A DNA stretch of 64,000 nt. It comes from Escherichia coli O157:H7 (GTDB lineage Bacteria > Pseudomonadota > Gammaproteobacteria > Enterobacterales > Enterobacteriaceae). The translations under genes and the position numbers were made by a program. Under the pieces are notes generated by a model. That model was not told the origin of the DNA, did not search any database, and saw only the letters and a list, made by a program, of their open reading frames with translations. The stretch lies in NCBI RefSeq assembly GCF_013167455.1, contig NZ_CP038328.1; one strand, given 5' to 3'. Shown here piece after piece: positions 51,050-59,661 of the stretch; within the stretch, counting starts at the first letter, position 1; each line of letters opens with the position of its first letter.

Positions 51050-51155
51050 TTCAACACTGTGGGGTGCCTGCGTTGCTCCGGCAACACAAGTCAACCTGCT
51101 GGAAAGGCCGCGAACCAGACCAGCAATAAAAAACCGCCAAATTCGGCGGTTTTTT
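51050..51155 (+). ncRNA. Candidate divergent antisense sRNA (TimR-like)
   Basis: Contains CACTGTGGGGTGCCTG (51056-51071), the same 16-mer found at 50894-50909; ends at the plus-strand terminator 51127-51155; weak TTGGCA-N17-GAGTAT promoter at 51021-51049. Confidence 0.25.
51127..51155. terminator. Bidirectional rho-independent terminator (AAAAACCGCC / GGCGGTTTTT)
   Basis: Hairpin flanked by A/T runs on both sides, directly 3' of sseA. Confidence 0.65.
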
Positions 51156-51171
51156 ATTGCCTGTAAAAAGC

Positions 51172-52017
51172 TTATTTCAATGGCTCAACCGGTAAATCTG
51201 CCCGCGCGCCCCATTCACTCCATGCGCCGTCGTACAGTTTCACGTTTGGCACATCCAGCGTCGCGAGTGCCAACAAAACCACGGCTGCTGTTACACCAGA
51301 GCCGCAGCTGACGATAATTGGTTTGTCATAGCTGACGCCGCGACCAAAAAATATCGCATCCAGTTCATCGGTCGTTTTTAGTTCGCCTTCGCGCACCAGT
51401 TCCGTCCACGGAACGTTCAATGCACCGGGAATATGTCCGCGACGTAAACCTGGGCGAGGTTCATCAACTTCTGCGTTAAAACGTGCAGCCGGGCGGGCAT
51501 CAATAATTTGCGCCGTATTTTCATGGCTTGCCAATAACACATCGGTTACTTTCACCACTGCTTCAGGATTAAACGCGGCGTTAAACTCTCCTTCCGGCAG
51601 CTCTACTGCACCTTCTTCTAACAACAGATCATCGCGCTGCCAGCCTGCAAGTCCACCCCCCAGAATCGACACTTTCTCTACACCAAAGGTGCGCAGCATC
51701 CACCATGCTCGTGGGGCTGAGAAAAGATTACCTTCGTCATAGACAATCAGGTGCTTATCCTGGTTAACGCCTAATTCACGCATCGCCACGGCGAACGTTT
51801 CCGGGCGCGGCAGCATGTGCGGAAGCGGGGAAGTGTGATCAGAAAGCGCTTCGATATCAAAAAACACTGCGCCGGGAATATGTCCATTCAGATACTCCTG
51901 AGCAACGTTACGATCTTCCTGTCCAGGCGACGCCATGCGGGCATCGATAATCTGAATTTCCGGGTCATCAATATGTTCGGCGAGCCAGTCGGCTCCTACA
52001 AACCATGTCGTGGACAT
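51172..52017 (-). CDS. sseA: 3-mercaptopyruvate sulfurtransferase
   Basis: 281-aa product from the internal ATG (MSTTWFVGADW); tandem rhodanese domains with the CGSGVTA active-site loop. Confidence 0.9.
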   Translation of the reverse strand: MSTTWFVGADWLAEHIDDPEIQIIDARMASPGQEDRNVAQEYLNGHIPGAVFFDIEALSDHTSPLPHMLPRPETFAVAMRELGVNQDKHLIVYDEGNLFSAPRAWWMLRTFGVEKVSILGGGLAGWQRDDLLLEEGAVELPEGEFNAAFNPEAVVKVTDVLLASHENTAQIIDARPAARFNAEVDEPRPGLRRGHIPGALNVPWTELVREGELKTTDELDAIFFGRGVSYDKPIIVSCGSGVTAAVVLLALATLDVPNVKLYDGAWSEWGARADLPVEPLK

Positions 52018-52223
52018 AGGCATCTCCATTTTTGCCGGGGTTAGGCTAAATTGTCGGATGTTTAGTGAAAAGCGACAAGCAAAAGAGGCTGATTTGGCTG
52101 TCTGAGCCACAATTCTCACTAAAATTCGGATTGTATGGGCGTGATACTGAATTACATAACGTAAATTCTCACGCATAATAATTATTCGACGTTGCTAACG
52201 GGCCATTGTGGCAGGGATGAAAA

Positions 52224-55200
52224 ATGAAAAAGTTACGCGTAGCCGCCTGCATGCTAATGCTGGCGCTGGCAGGGTGCGACAACAACGATAACGCGCCAAC
52301 AGCGGTGAAAAAAGATGCGCCTTCTGAAGTTACTAAAGCGGCCTCTTCAGAAAACGCGAGTTCAGCAAAACTCTCCGCGCCAGAGCGACAAAAACTGGCC
52401 CAACAGAGTGCCGGTAAGGCGCTGACATTGCTGGATCTCTCTGAAGTCCAACTTGATGGTGCAGCCACGCTGGTGCTGACGTTCTCCATCCCTCTCGACC
52501 CGGATCAGGATTTCTCACGCGTTATTCATGTCGTCGATAAAAAAAGCGGCAAAGTGGATGGTGCCTGGGAGCTATCAGATAATCTTAAAGAGCTGCGTTT
52601 ACGCCACCTCGAACCGAAACGTGATTTGATCGTTACAATTGGCAAGGAGGTCAAAGCACTCAACAACGCAACCTTCAGTAAAGATTACGAAAAAACTATA
52701 ACTACCCGCGACATCCAACCCAGTGTCGGTTTTGCCAGCCGTGGTTCGCTGCTGCCTGGTAAAGTCGTTGAAGGGCTGCCGGTAATGGCGCTCAACGTTA
52801 ATAATGTCGATGTTAACTTCTTCCGCGTTAAGCCAGAATCTCTGCCAGCATTCATTAGCCAATGGGAATACCGCAATTCGCTGGCGAACTGGCAGTCAGA
52901 CAAACTGCTGCAGATGGCGGATCTGGTCTACACCGGACGGTTTGATCTCAATCCTGCGCGTAACACCCGTGAAAAATTATTGCTGCCGCTGGGCGATATC
53001 AAACCGCTTCAGCAGGCGGGCGTGTATCTGGCTGTGATGAATCAGGCTGGACGTTACGATTACAGTAATCCCGCGACGCTGTTTACGTTAAGTGATATCG
53101 GCGTTTCAGCTCACCGTTATCACAATCGTCTGGATATCTTTACCCAAAGTCTGGAAAACGGCGCGGCCCAGCAAGGAATTGAAGTCTCTTTATTAAATGA
53201 GAAAGGGCAGACTCTGACTCAGGCAACCAGTGACGCTCAGGGGCATGTGCAGCTGGAAAATGATAAAAACGCCGCATTATTGCTGGCACGTAAAGACGGT
53301 CAGACAACGCTACTCGATTTAAAACTTCCGGCGCTGGACTTAGCAGAATTTAACATTGCTGGCGCGCCAGGCTATAGCAAACAGTTTTTCATGTTTGGCC
53401 CGCGCGATCTTTATCGCCCGGGTGAAACGGTAATCCTCAATGGTTTGCTGCGTGATGCAGACGGTAAAGCGTTGCCCAATCAACCCATCAAGTTAGACGT
53501 GATTAAACCCGATGGGCAGGTACTCAGGAGCGTCGTTAGTCAGCCGGAAAATGGCCTCTACCACTTTACCTGGCCACTCGATAGCAATGCGGCAACCGGT
53601 ATGTGGCATATTCGCGCTAACACGGGCGATAACCAGTATCGGATGTGGGATTTCCACGTCGAAGATTTTATGCCAGAGCGTATGGCGCTGAATCTGACCG
53701 GTGAGAAAACCCCGCTTACGCCGAATGATGAAGTGAAATTCTCCGTGGTGGGATACTACCTGTACGGTGCGCCTGCTAATGGTAATACTTTGCAAGGGCA
53801 ACTTTTCCTGCGCCCACTGCGTGAGGCTGTGTCAGCCTTACCTGGTTTTGAATTCGGCGATATAGCTGCCGAAAACCTTTCCCGCACGCTGGATGAAGTT
53901 CAGTTGACGCTGGATGATAAAGGGCGCGGCGAAGTTTCTACAGAAAGCCAGTGGAAGGAAACGCATTCCCCATTGCAGGTTATTTTCCAGGGCAGTTTGC
54001 TGGAATCGGGCGGTCGCCCGGTGACGCGCCGCGCTGAGCAGGCTATCTGGCCTGCCGATGCATTGCCGGGGATCCGTCCGCAGTTCGCCTCGAAATCGGT
54101 TTACGATTATCGCACTGACAGCACGGTGAAACAGCCCATTGTTGATGAAGGCAGTAACGCCGCTTTTGACATCGTTTATAGCGATGCGCAAGGCGTGAAA
54201 AAAGCCGTGTCGGGCTTGCAGGTGCGCCTGATTCGCGAACGCCGCGATTACTACTGGAACTGGTCAGAAGATGAAGGCTGGCAATCACAGTTTGATCAAA
54301 AAGATCTGATTGAAAATGAACAAACTCTGGATCTGAAAGCGGACGAAACCGGCAAGGTCAGTTTCCCGGTAGAGTGGGGCGCTTATCGTCTGGAAGTCAA
54401 AGCGCCGAATGAAGCGGTCAGTAGTGTTCGTTTTTGGGCTGGCTATAGCTGGCAGGATAATAGCGACGGTAGCGGCGCAGTGCGACCCGACCGTGTCACG
54501 CTGAAACTGGATAAAGCCGGTTATCGCCCTGGCGATACCATTAAGTTGCATATCGCCGCGCCAACGGCGGGTAAAGGTTATGCGATGGTCGAGTCCAGTG
54601 AAGGGCCGCTGTGGTGGCAAGAGATTGATGTTCCGGCTCAAGGGCTGGATCTGACGATTCCGGTCGATAAAACCTGGAATCGTCATGATCTTTATTTGAG
54701 TACGCTGGTGGTGCGTCCTGGCGATAAATCTCGCTCCGCGACGCCAAAACGCGCGGTTGGTGTGTTGCATCTGCCGCTTGGTGATGAAAACCGTCGCCTC
54801 GATCTGGCGCTGGAAACACCAGCAAAAATGCGTCCCAATCAACCATTAACCGTGAAAATTAAAGCCAGCACTAAAAATGGCGAGAAGCCTAAACAGGTGA
54901 ATGTGCTGGTGTCTGCCGTTGATAGTGGTGTGCTGAATATTACTGACTACGTCACGCCAGATCCGTGGCAGGCGTTCTTTGGTCAGAAACGCTATGGCGC
55001 AGACATTTACGATATTTACGGTCAGGTTATTGAAGGTCAGGGGCGTCTGGCAGCTCTGCGTTTCGGTGGCGATGGTGATGAGCTGAAACGTGGTGGTAAA
55101 CCGCCGGTCAATCACGTCAATATTGTCGCGCAGCAGGCGCTGCCGGTAACGCTCAACGAACAGGGCGAAGGCTCGGTTACACTGCCGATTGGCGATTTTA

Positions 55201-57185
55201 ACGGTGAATTGCGCGTCATGGCGCAAGCCTGGACGGCAGATGAATTCGGTAGCAACGAAAGCAAAGTGATAGTTGCCGCACCGGTGATTGCTGAACTGAA
55301 CATGCCGCGCTTTATGGCGAGTGGCGATAACTCGCGTCTGACGCTGGATATCACTAATCTTACCGATAAACCGCAAAAACTGAACGTTGCCCTGACCGCC
55401 AGTGGTTTGCTTGAACTGGTCAGCGATTCACCCGCAGCCGTTGAATTAGCGCCAGGTGTGCGTACTACGCTGTTTATCCCGGTGCGAGCATTGCCGGGTT
55501 ATGGCGATGGAGAAATTCAGGCCACCATTAGCGGGTTAGCGTTACCGGGTGAAACCGTTGCCGATCAGCATAAGCAGTGGAAAATCGGCGTCCGTCCGGC
55601 GTTCCCGGCACAAACGGTTAATTACGGTACGGCGTTACAGCCTGGTGAGACATGGGCGATTCCGGCGGATGGATTGCAAAACTTCTCGCCTGTTACGCTG
55701 GAAGGGCAATTGTTGTTGAGCGGCAAACCACCGCTGAACATCGCACGTTATATCAAAGAGTTAAAAGCGTATCCGTACGGCTGTCTTGAGCAAACCGCCA
55801 GCGGCCTGTTCCCGTCACTTTATACCAACGCAGCCCAACTGCAGGCGTTGGGCATCAAAGGCGACAGTGATGAGAAACGCCGTGCATCGGTCGATATCGG
55901 CATTTCCCGTTTGCTGCAAATGCAACGTGATAACGGCGGCTTTGCGCTGTGGGATAAAAACGGTGACGAAGAGTACTGGCTGACGGCTTACGTGATGGAT
56001 TTCCTGGTCCGCGCAGGCGAACAGGGTTACAGCGTGCCGACAGACGCCATTAACCGGGGTAATGAGCGTCTGCTGCGCTATTTACAAGATCCGGGCATGA
56101 TGTCGATCCCGTACGCGGATAATCTCAAAGCCAGTAAATTCGCCGTACAGTCTTACGCTGCGCTGGTGTTGGCCCGTCAGCAAAAGGCTCCGCTGGGTGC
56201 GCTGCGTGAAATCTGGGAGCATCGTGCAGATGCCGCTTCTGGTTTACCGCTGCTGCAACTTGGCGTTGCGCTGAAAACCATGGGTGATGCGACGCGTGAT
56301 GAAGAAGCGATTGCGCTGGCGCTAAAAACGCCGCGTAATAGTGATGAGCGGATATGGCTGGGTGATTACGGTAGTCCACTGCGCGACAACGCGTTGATGC
56401 TCTCCTTGCTGGAAGAGAACAAACTGCTACCCGATGAGCAGTACTCCCTGCTGAACACACTTTCGCAGCAGGCGTTTGGTGAACGCTGGCTATCGACGCA
56501 GGAAAGTAACGCGTTGTTCCTGGCTGCCCGTACGATTCAGGATTTACCAGGTAAATGGCAGGCGCAAACCTCTTTCTCAGCTGAGCCGCTGACAGGCGAG
56601 AAAGCGCAAAACAGCAATCTGAATAGCGATCAACTTGCCACCTTGCAGGTGACCAACAGTGGCGAGCAGCCGTTATGGCTGCGTGTGGATGCCAGCGGTT
56701 ATCCGCAATCCGCACCTTTACCGGCGAACAATGTGCTGCAAATTGAGCGTCATATTCTTGGTACTGATGGTAAGAGCAAATCGCTGGACTCGTTACGTAG
56801 CGGCGATCTGGTGCTGGTCTGGTTGCAGGTAAAAGCTAGTAACAGCGTGCCGGATGCGTTAGTCGTGGATCTGCTGCCTGCGGGTCTGGAACTGGAAAAC
56901 CAGAATCTGGCGAACGGTAGCGCCAGCCTGGAGCAAAGTGGTGGCGAAGTGCAGAACTTACTGAACCAGATGCAGCAGGCGAGTATTAAGCACATTGAGT
57001 TCCGTGACGATCGCTTTGTGGCGGCGGTTGCCGTTGATGAATACCAACCGGTAACGCTGGTGTATCTGGCGCGGGCGGTGACGCCGGGAACGTATCAGGT
57101 ACCGCAACCGATGGTGGAATCAATGTATGTTCCCCAATGGCGGGCGACCGGCGCGGCTGAAGATTTGCTGATTGTCAGACCGTAA
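52224..57185 (+). CDS. yfhM: Alpha-2-macroglobulin family lipoprotein
   Basis: 1653 aa; lipobox LALAGC; thioester motif CLEQ. Confidence 0.95.
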   Translation: MKKLRVAACMLMLALAGCDNNDNAPTAVKKDAPSEVTKAASSENASSAKLSAPERQKLAQQSAGKALTLLDLSEVQLDGAATLVLTFSIPLDPDQDFSRVIHVVDKKSGKVDGAWELSDNLKELRLRHLEPKRDLIVTIGKEVKALNNATFSKDYEKTITTRDIQPSVGFASRGSLLPGKVVEGLPVMALNVNNVDVNFFRVKPESLPAFISQWEYRNSLANWQSDKLLQMADLVYTGRFDLNPARNTREKLLLPLGDIKPLQQAGVYLAVMNQAGRYDYSNPATLFTLSDIGVSAHRYHNRLDIFTQSLENGAAQQGIEVSLLNEKGQTLTQATSDAQGHVQLENDKNAALLLARKDGQTTLLDLKLPALDLAEFNIAGAPGYSKQFFMFGPRDLYRPGETVILNGLLRDADGKALPNQPIKLDVIKPDGQVLRSVVSQPENGLYHFTWPLDSNAATGMWHIRANTGDNQYRMWDFHVEDFMPERMALNLTGEKTPLTPNDEVKFSVVGYYLYGAPANGNTLQGQLFLRPLREAVSALPGFEFGDIAAENLSRTLDEVQLTLDDKGRGEVSTESQWKETHSPLQVIFQGSLLESGGRPVTRRAEQAIWPADALPGIRPQFASKSVYDYRTDSTVKQPIVDEGSNAAFDIVYSDAQGVKKAVSGLQVRLIRERRDYYWNWSEDEGWQSQFDQKDLIENEQTLDLKADETGKVSFPVEWGAYRLEVKAPNEAVSSVRFWAGYSWQDNSDGSGAVRPDRVTLKLDKAGYRPGDTIKLHIAAPTAGKGYAMVESSEGPLWWQEIDVPAQGLDLTIPVDKTWNRHDLYLSTLVVRPGDKSRSATPKRAVGVLHLPLGDENRRLDLALETPAKMRPNQPLTVKIKASTKNGEKPKQVNVLVSAVDSGVLNITDYVTPDPWQAFFGQKRYGADIYDIYGQVIEGQGRLAALRFGGDGDELKRGGKPPVNHVNIVAQQALPVTLNEQGEGSVTLPIGDFNGELRVMAQAWTADEFGSNESKVIVAAPVIAELNMPRFMASGDNSRLTLDITNLTDKPQKLNVALTASGLLELVSDSPAAVELAPGVRTTLFIPVRALPGYGDGEIQATISGLALPGETVADQHKQWKIGVRPAFPAQTVNYGTALQPGETWAIPADGLQNFSPVTLEGQLLLSGKPPLNIARYIKELKAYPYGCLEQTASGLFPSLYTNAAQLQALGIKGDSDEKRRASVDIGISRLLQMQRDNGGFALWDKNGDEEYWLTAYVMDFLVRAGEQGYSVPTDAINRGNERLLRYLQDPGMMSIPYADNLKASKFAVQSYAALVLARQQKAPLGALREIWEHRADAASGLPLLQLGVALKTMGDATRDEEAIALALKTPRNSDERIWLGDYGSPLRDNALMLSLLEENKLLPDEQYSLLNTLSQQAFGERWLSTQESNALFLAARTIQDLPGKWQAQTSFSAEPLTGEKAQNSNLNSDQLATLQVTNSGEQPLWLRVDASGYPQSAPLPANNVLQIERHILGTDGKSKSLDSLRSGDLVLVWLQVKASNSVPDALVVDLLPAGLELENQNLANGSASLEQSGGEVQNLLNQMQQASIKHIEFRDDRFVAAVAVDEYQPVTLVYLARAVTPGTYQVPQPMVESMYVPQWRATGAAEDLLIVRP

Positions 57186-59498
57186 ATGCCTCGCTTGTTA
57201 ACCAAACGCGGCTGCTGGATAACGCTGGCAGCTGCGCCATTTCTCCTTTTTCTTGCAGCGTGGGGAGCAGATAAACTCTGGCCTCTACCGCTGCATGAAG
57301 TCAATCCCGCACGAGTGGTCGTGGCGCAGGATGGTACGCCGCTCTGGCGCTTCGCCGATGCTGACGGCATCTGGCGTTATCCTGTAACAATCGAAGATGT
57401 TTCTCCACGTTACCTTGAAGCGCTGATCAATTATGAAGATCGCTGGTTCTGGAAGCATCCTGGGGTGAATCCATTCTCGGTGGCGCGCGCAGCATGGCAA
57501 GATCTCACTTCGGGACGGGTTATTTCCGGTGGCAGCACGCTCACTATGCAGGTTGCTCGTCTGCTTGATCCTCACCCCAAAACATTTGGCGGCAAAATTC
57601 GCCAGCTCTGGCGCGCGTTGCAACTGGAATGGCATCTGTCTAAGCGTGAAATTCTGACCTTGTATCTTAACCGCGCTCCGTTTGGCGGTACGTTGCAGGG
57701 GATCGGTGCGGCAAGTTGGGCTTATCTCGGAAAGTCGCCTGCGAATTTAAGCTATTCCGAGGCGGCAATGCTGGCGGTTTTGCCGCAAGCGCCCAGCCGT
57801 CTTCGCCCGGATCGTTGGCCGGAGCGTGCCGAAGTCGCGCGTAATAAAGTGCTCGAACGGATGGCCGTGCAAGGTGTGTGGTCCCGTGAGCAGGTAAAAG
57901 AGTCAAGGGAAGAACCCATCTGGCTGGCACCCCGACAAATGCCGCAACTGGCACCGCTGTTTTCGCGCATGATGCTCGGTAAAAGCAAAAGCGACAAAAT
58001 CGTTACTACGCTGGATGCCGGTCTTCAACGACGTCTGGAAGAACTGGCGCAAAACTGGAAAGGACGATTACCACCGCGCAGCTCACTGGCGATGATCGTG
58101 GTTGATCATACCGATATGCGTGTTCGCGGCTGGGTGGGTTCGGTTGATCTCAACGATGATTCACGCTTTGGTCATGTTGATATGGTCAATGCGATCCGAT
58201 CGCCAGGATCGGTGCTCAAACCGTTTGTTTACGGTCTGGCGCTGGATGAAGGATTGATCCACCCGGCATCACTGCTGCAAGACGTCCCCCGGCGTACCGG
58301 TGATTACCGACCTGGCAACTTTGACAGCGGTTTTCATGGCCCGATCAGCATGAGCGAGGCGCTGGTGCGCTCGCTGAATTTACCTGCTGTGCAGGTGCTG
58401 GAAGCCTATGGACCGAAACGGTTTGCGGCAAAGTTACGCAATGTTGGATTGCCGTTATATTTGCCCAACGGTGCTGCGCCGAATCTTTCGCTCATTCTCG
58501 GCGGCGCTGGTGCGAAACTGGAAGATATGGCGGCAGCGTATACCGCGTTTGCTCGCCACGGCAAGGCAGGCAAATTGCGCTTACAGCCTGACGATCCGCT
58601 GCTTGAACGGCCTTTAATGTCGTCGGGAGCGGCGTGGATCATTCGCCGGATTATGGCTGATGAAGCGCTACCCTTGCCGGATGGTGCCTTGCCGCGCGTC
58701 GCCCCACTGGCATGGAAAACGGGCACCAGCTATGGCTATCGTGACGCCTGGGCGATTGGGGTTAACGCTCGCTATGTCATTGGGATCTGGACTGGCAGAC
58801 CGGACGGCACGCCCGTTGTTGGTCAGTTTGGTTTTGCCAGCGCCGTACCATTGTTGAATCAGGTCAATAATATCTTACTGTCGCGCAGTGCTAATCTGCC
58901 GGAAGACCCGCGCCCGAACTCAGTCACTCGTGGCGTTATTTGCTGGCCGGGCGGACAGTCTTTGCCGGAAGGTGACGGTAACTGTCGCCGCCGCCTGGCA
59001 ACCTGGCTGCTGGACGGGAGTCAGCCGCCAACTCTATTACTGCCGGAGCAGGAAGGCATTAATGGCATTCGTTTCCCCATCTGGCTGGATGAAAATGGCA
59101 AACGTGTTGCCGCTGATTGCCCGCAAGCGCGACAAGAAATGATAAATGTCTGGCCGCTACCGCTGGAACCCTGGTTGCCCGCATCAGAACGTCGCGCTGT
59201 GCGCTTACCACCGGCCTCGACAATTTGCCCGCCATACGGTCACGATGCCCAGCTCCCGCTGCAGCTGACAGGCGTTCGCGATGGCGAGATTATTAAACGT
59301 TTACCGGGCGCAGCGGAAGCGACTTTGCCGTTGCAATCAAGTGGAGGGGCAGGTGAACGCTGGTGGTTTCTGAATGGCGAACCGTTAACTGAACGCGGGC
59401 GCAACGTGACCCTGCATTTGACGGATAAAGGTGATTATCAATTGCTGGTGATGGATGACGTAGGGCAAATCGCGTCAGTACATTTTTCATTTCAGTGA
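57186..59498 (+). CDS. pbpC: Penicillin-binding protein 1C
   Basis: 770 aa; ATG directly abuts the yfhM stop; glycosyltransferase and transpeptidase motifs. Confidence 0.95.
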   Translation: MPRLLTKRGCWITLAAAPFLLFLAAWGADKLWPLPLHEVNPARVVVAQDGTPLWRFADADGIWRYPVTIEDVSPRYLEALINYEDRWFWKHPGVNPFSVARAAWQDLTSGRVISGGSTLTMQVARLLDPHPKTFGGKIRQLWRALQLEWHLSKREILTLYLNRAPFGGTLQGIGAASWAYLGKSPANLSYSEAAMLAVLPQAPSRLRPDRWPERAEVARNKVLERMAVQGVWSREQVKESREEPIWLAPRQMPQLAPLFSRMMLGKSKSDKIVTTLDAGLQRRLEELAQNWKGRLPPRSSLAMIVVDHTDMRVRGWVGSVDLNDDSRFGHVDMVNAIRSPGSVLKPFVYGLALDEGLIHPASLLQDVPRRTGDYRPGNFDSGFHGPISMSEALVRSLNLPAVQVLEAYGPKRFAAKLRNVGLPLYLPNGAAPNLSLILGGAGAKLEDMAAAYTAFARHGKAGKLRLQPDDPLLERPLMSSGAAWIIRRIMADEALPLPDGALPRVAPLAWKTGTSYGYRDAWAIGVNARYVIGIWTGRPDGTPVVGQFGFASAVPLLNQVNNILLSRSANLPEDPRPNSVTRGVICWPGGQSLPEGDGNCRRRLATWLLDGSQPPTLLLPEQEGINGIRFPIWLDENGKRVAADCPQARQEMINVWPLPLEPWLPASERRAVRLPPASTICPPYGHDAQLPLQLTGVRDGEIIKRLPGAAEATLPLQSSGGAGERWWFLNGEPLTERGRNVTLHLTDKGDYQLLVMDDVGQIASVHFSFQ

Positions 59499-59592
59499 AA
59501 TATACAAAATATTTATTAATCTAATTATGGTATTTATATTTGGAATGCATTAATAATTTAATAATCTCACGTTTTTTTAAACGACTAATTAT

Positions 59593-59606
59593 TTGATTGT
59601 TATCAG
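59593..59606 (+). promoter_or_regulatory. FNR-like site (TTGAT-TGTT-ATCAG) upstream of the molybdoenzyme operon
   Basis: 9 of 10 matches to the FNR consensus TTGAT-N4-ATCAA, in the AT-rich leader 56 nt upstream of the start. Confidence 0.4.
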
Positions 59607-59661
59607 CATTGTTCTCGAATAAATACGTGAATATTTATTTTTTCATTTTCGGGAACGCAAG

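Noticed and set aside
51021-51311. 96-aa plus-strand ORF overlapping the sseA 3' end
   Set aside because: It reads through a strong bidirectional terminator and is antisense to sseA; only its first roughly 100 nt are considered, as a possible non-coding antisense RNA.
59499-59661. Possible CRISPR array or mobile-element boundary at the AT-rich junction after pbpC
   Set aside because: No repeat-spacer periodicity, no terminal inverted repeats, and no integrase or transposase gene within the window; an acquisition mechanism cannot be assessed without the downstream sequence.
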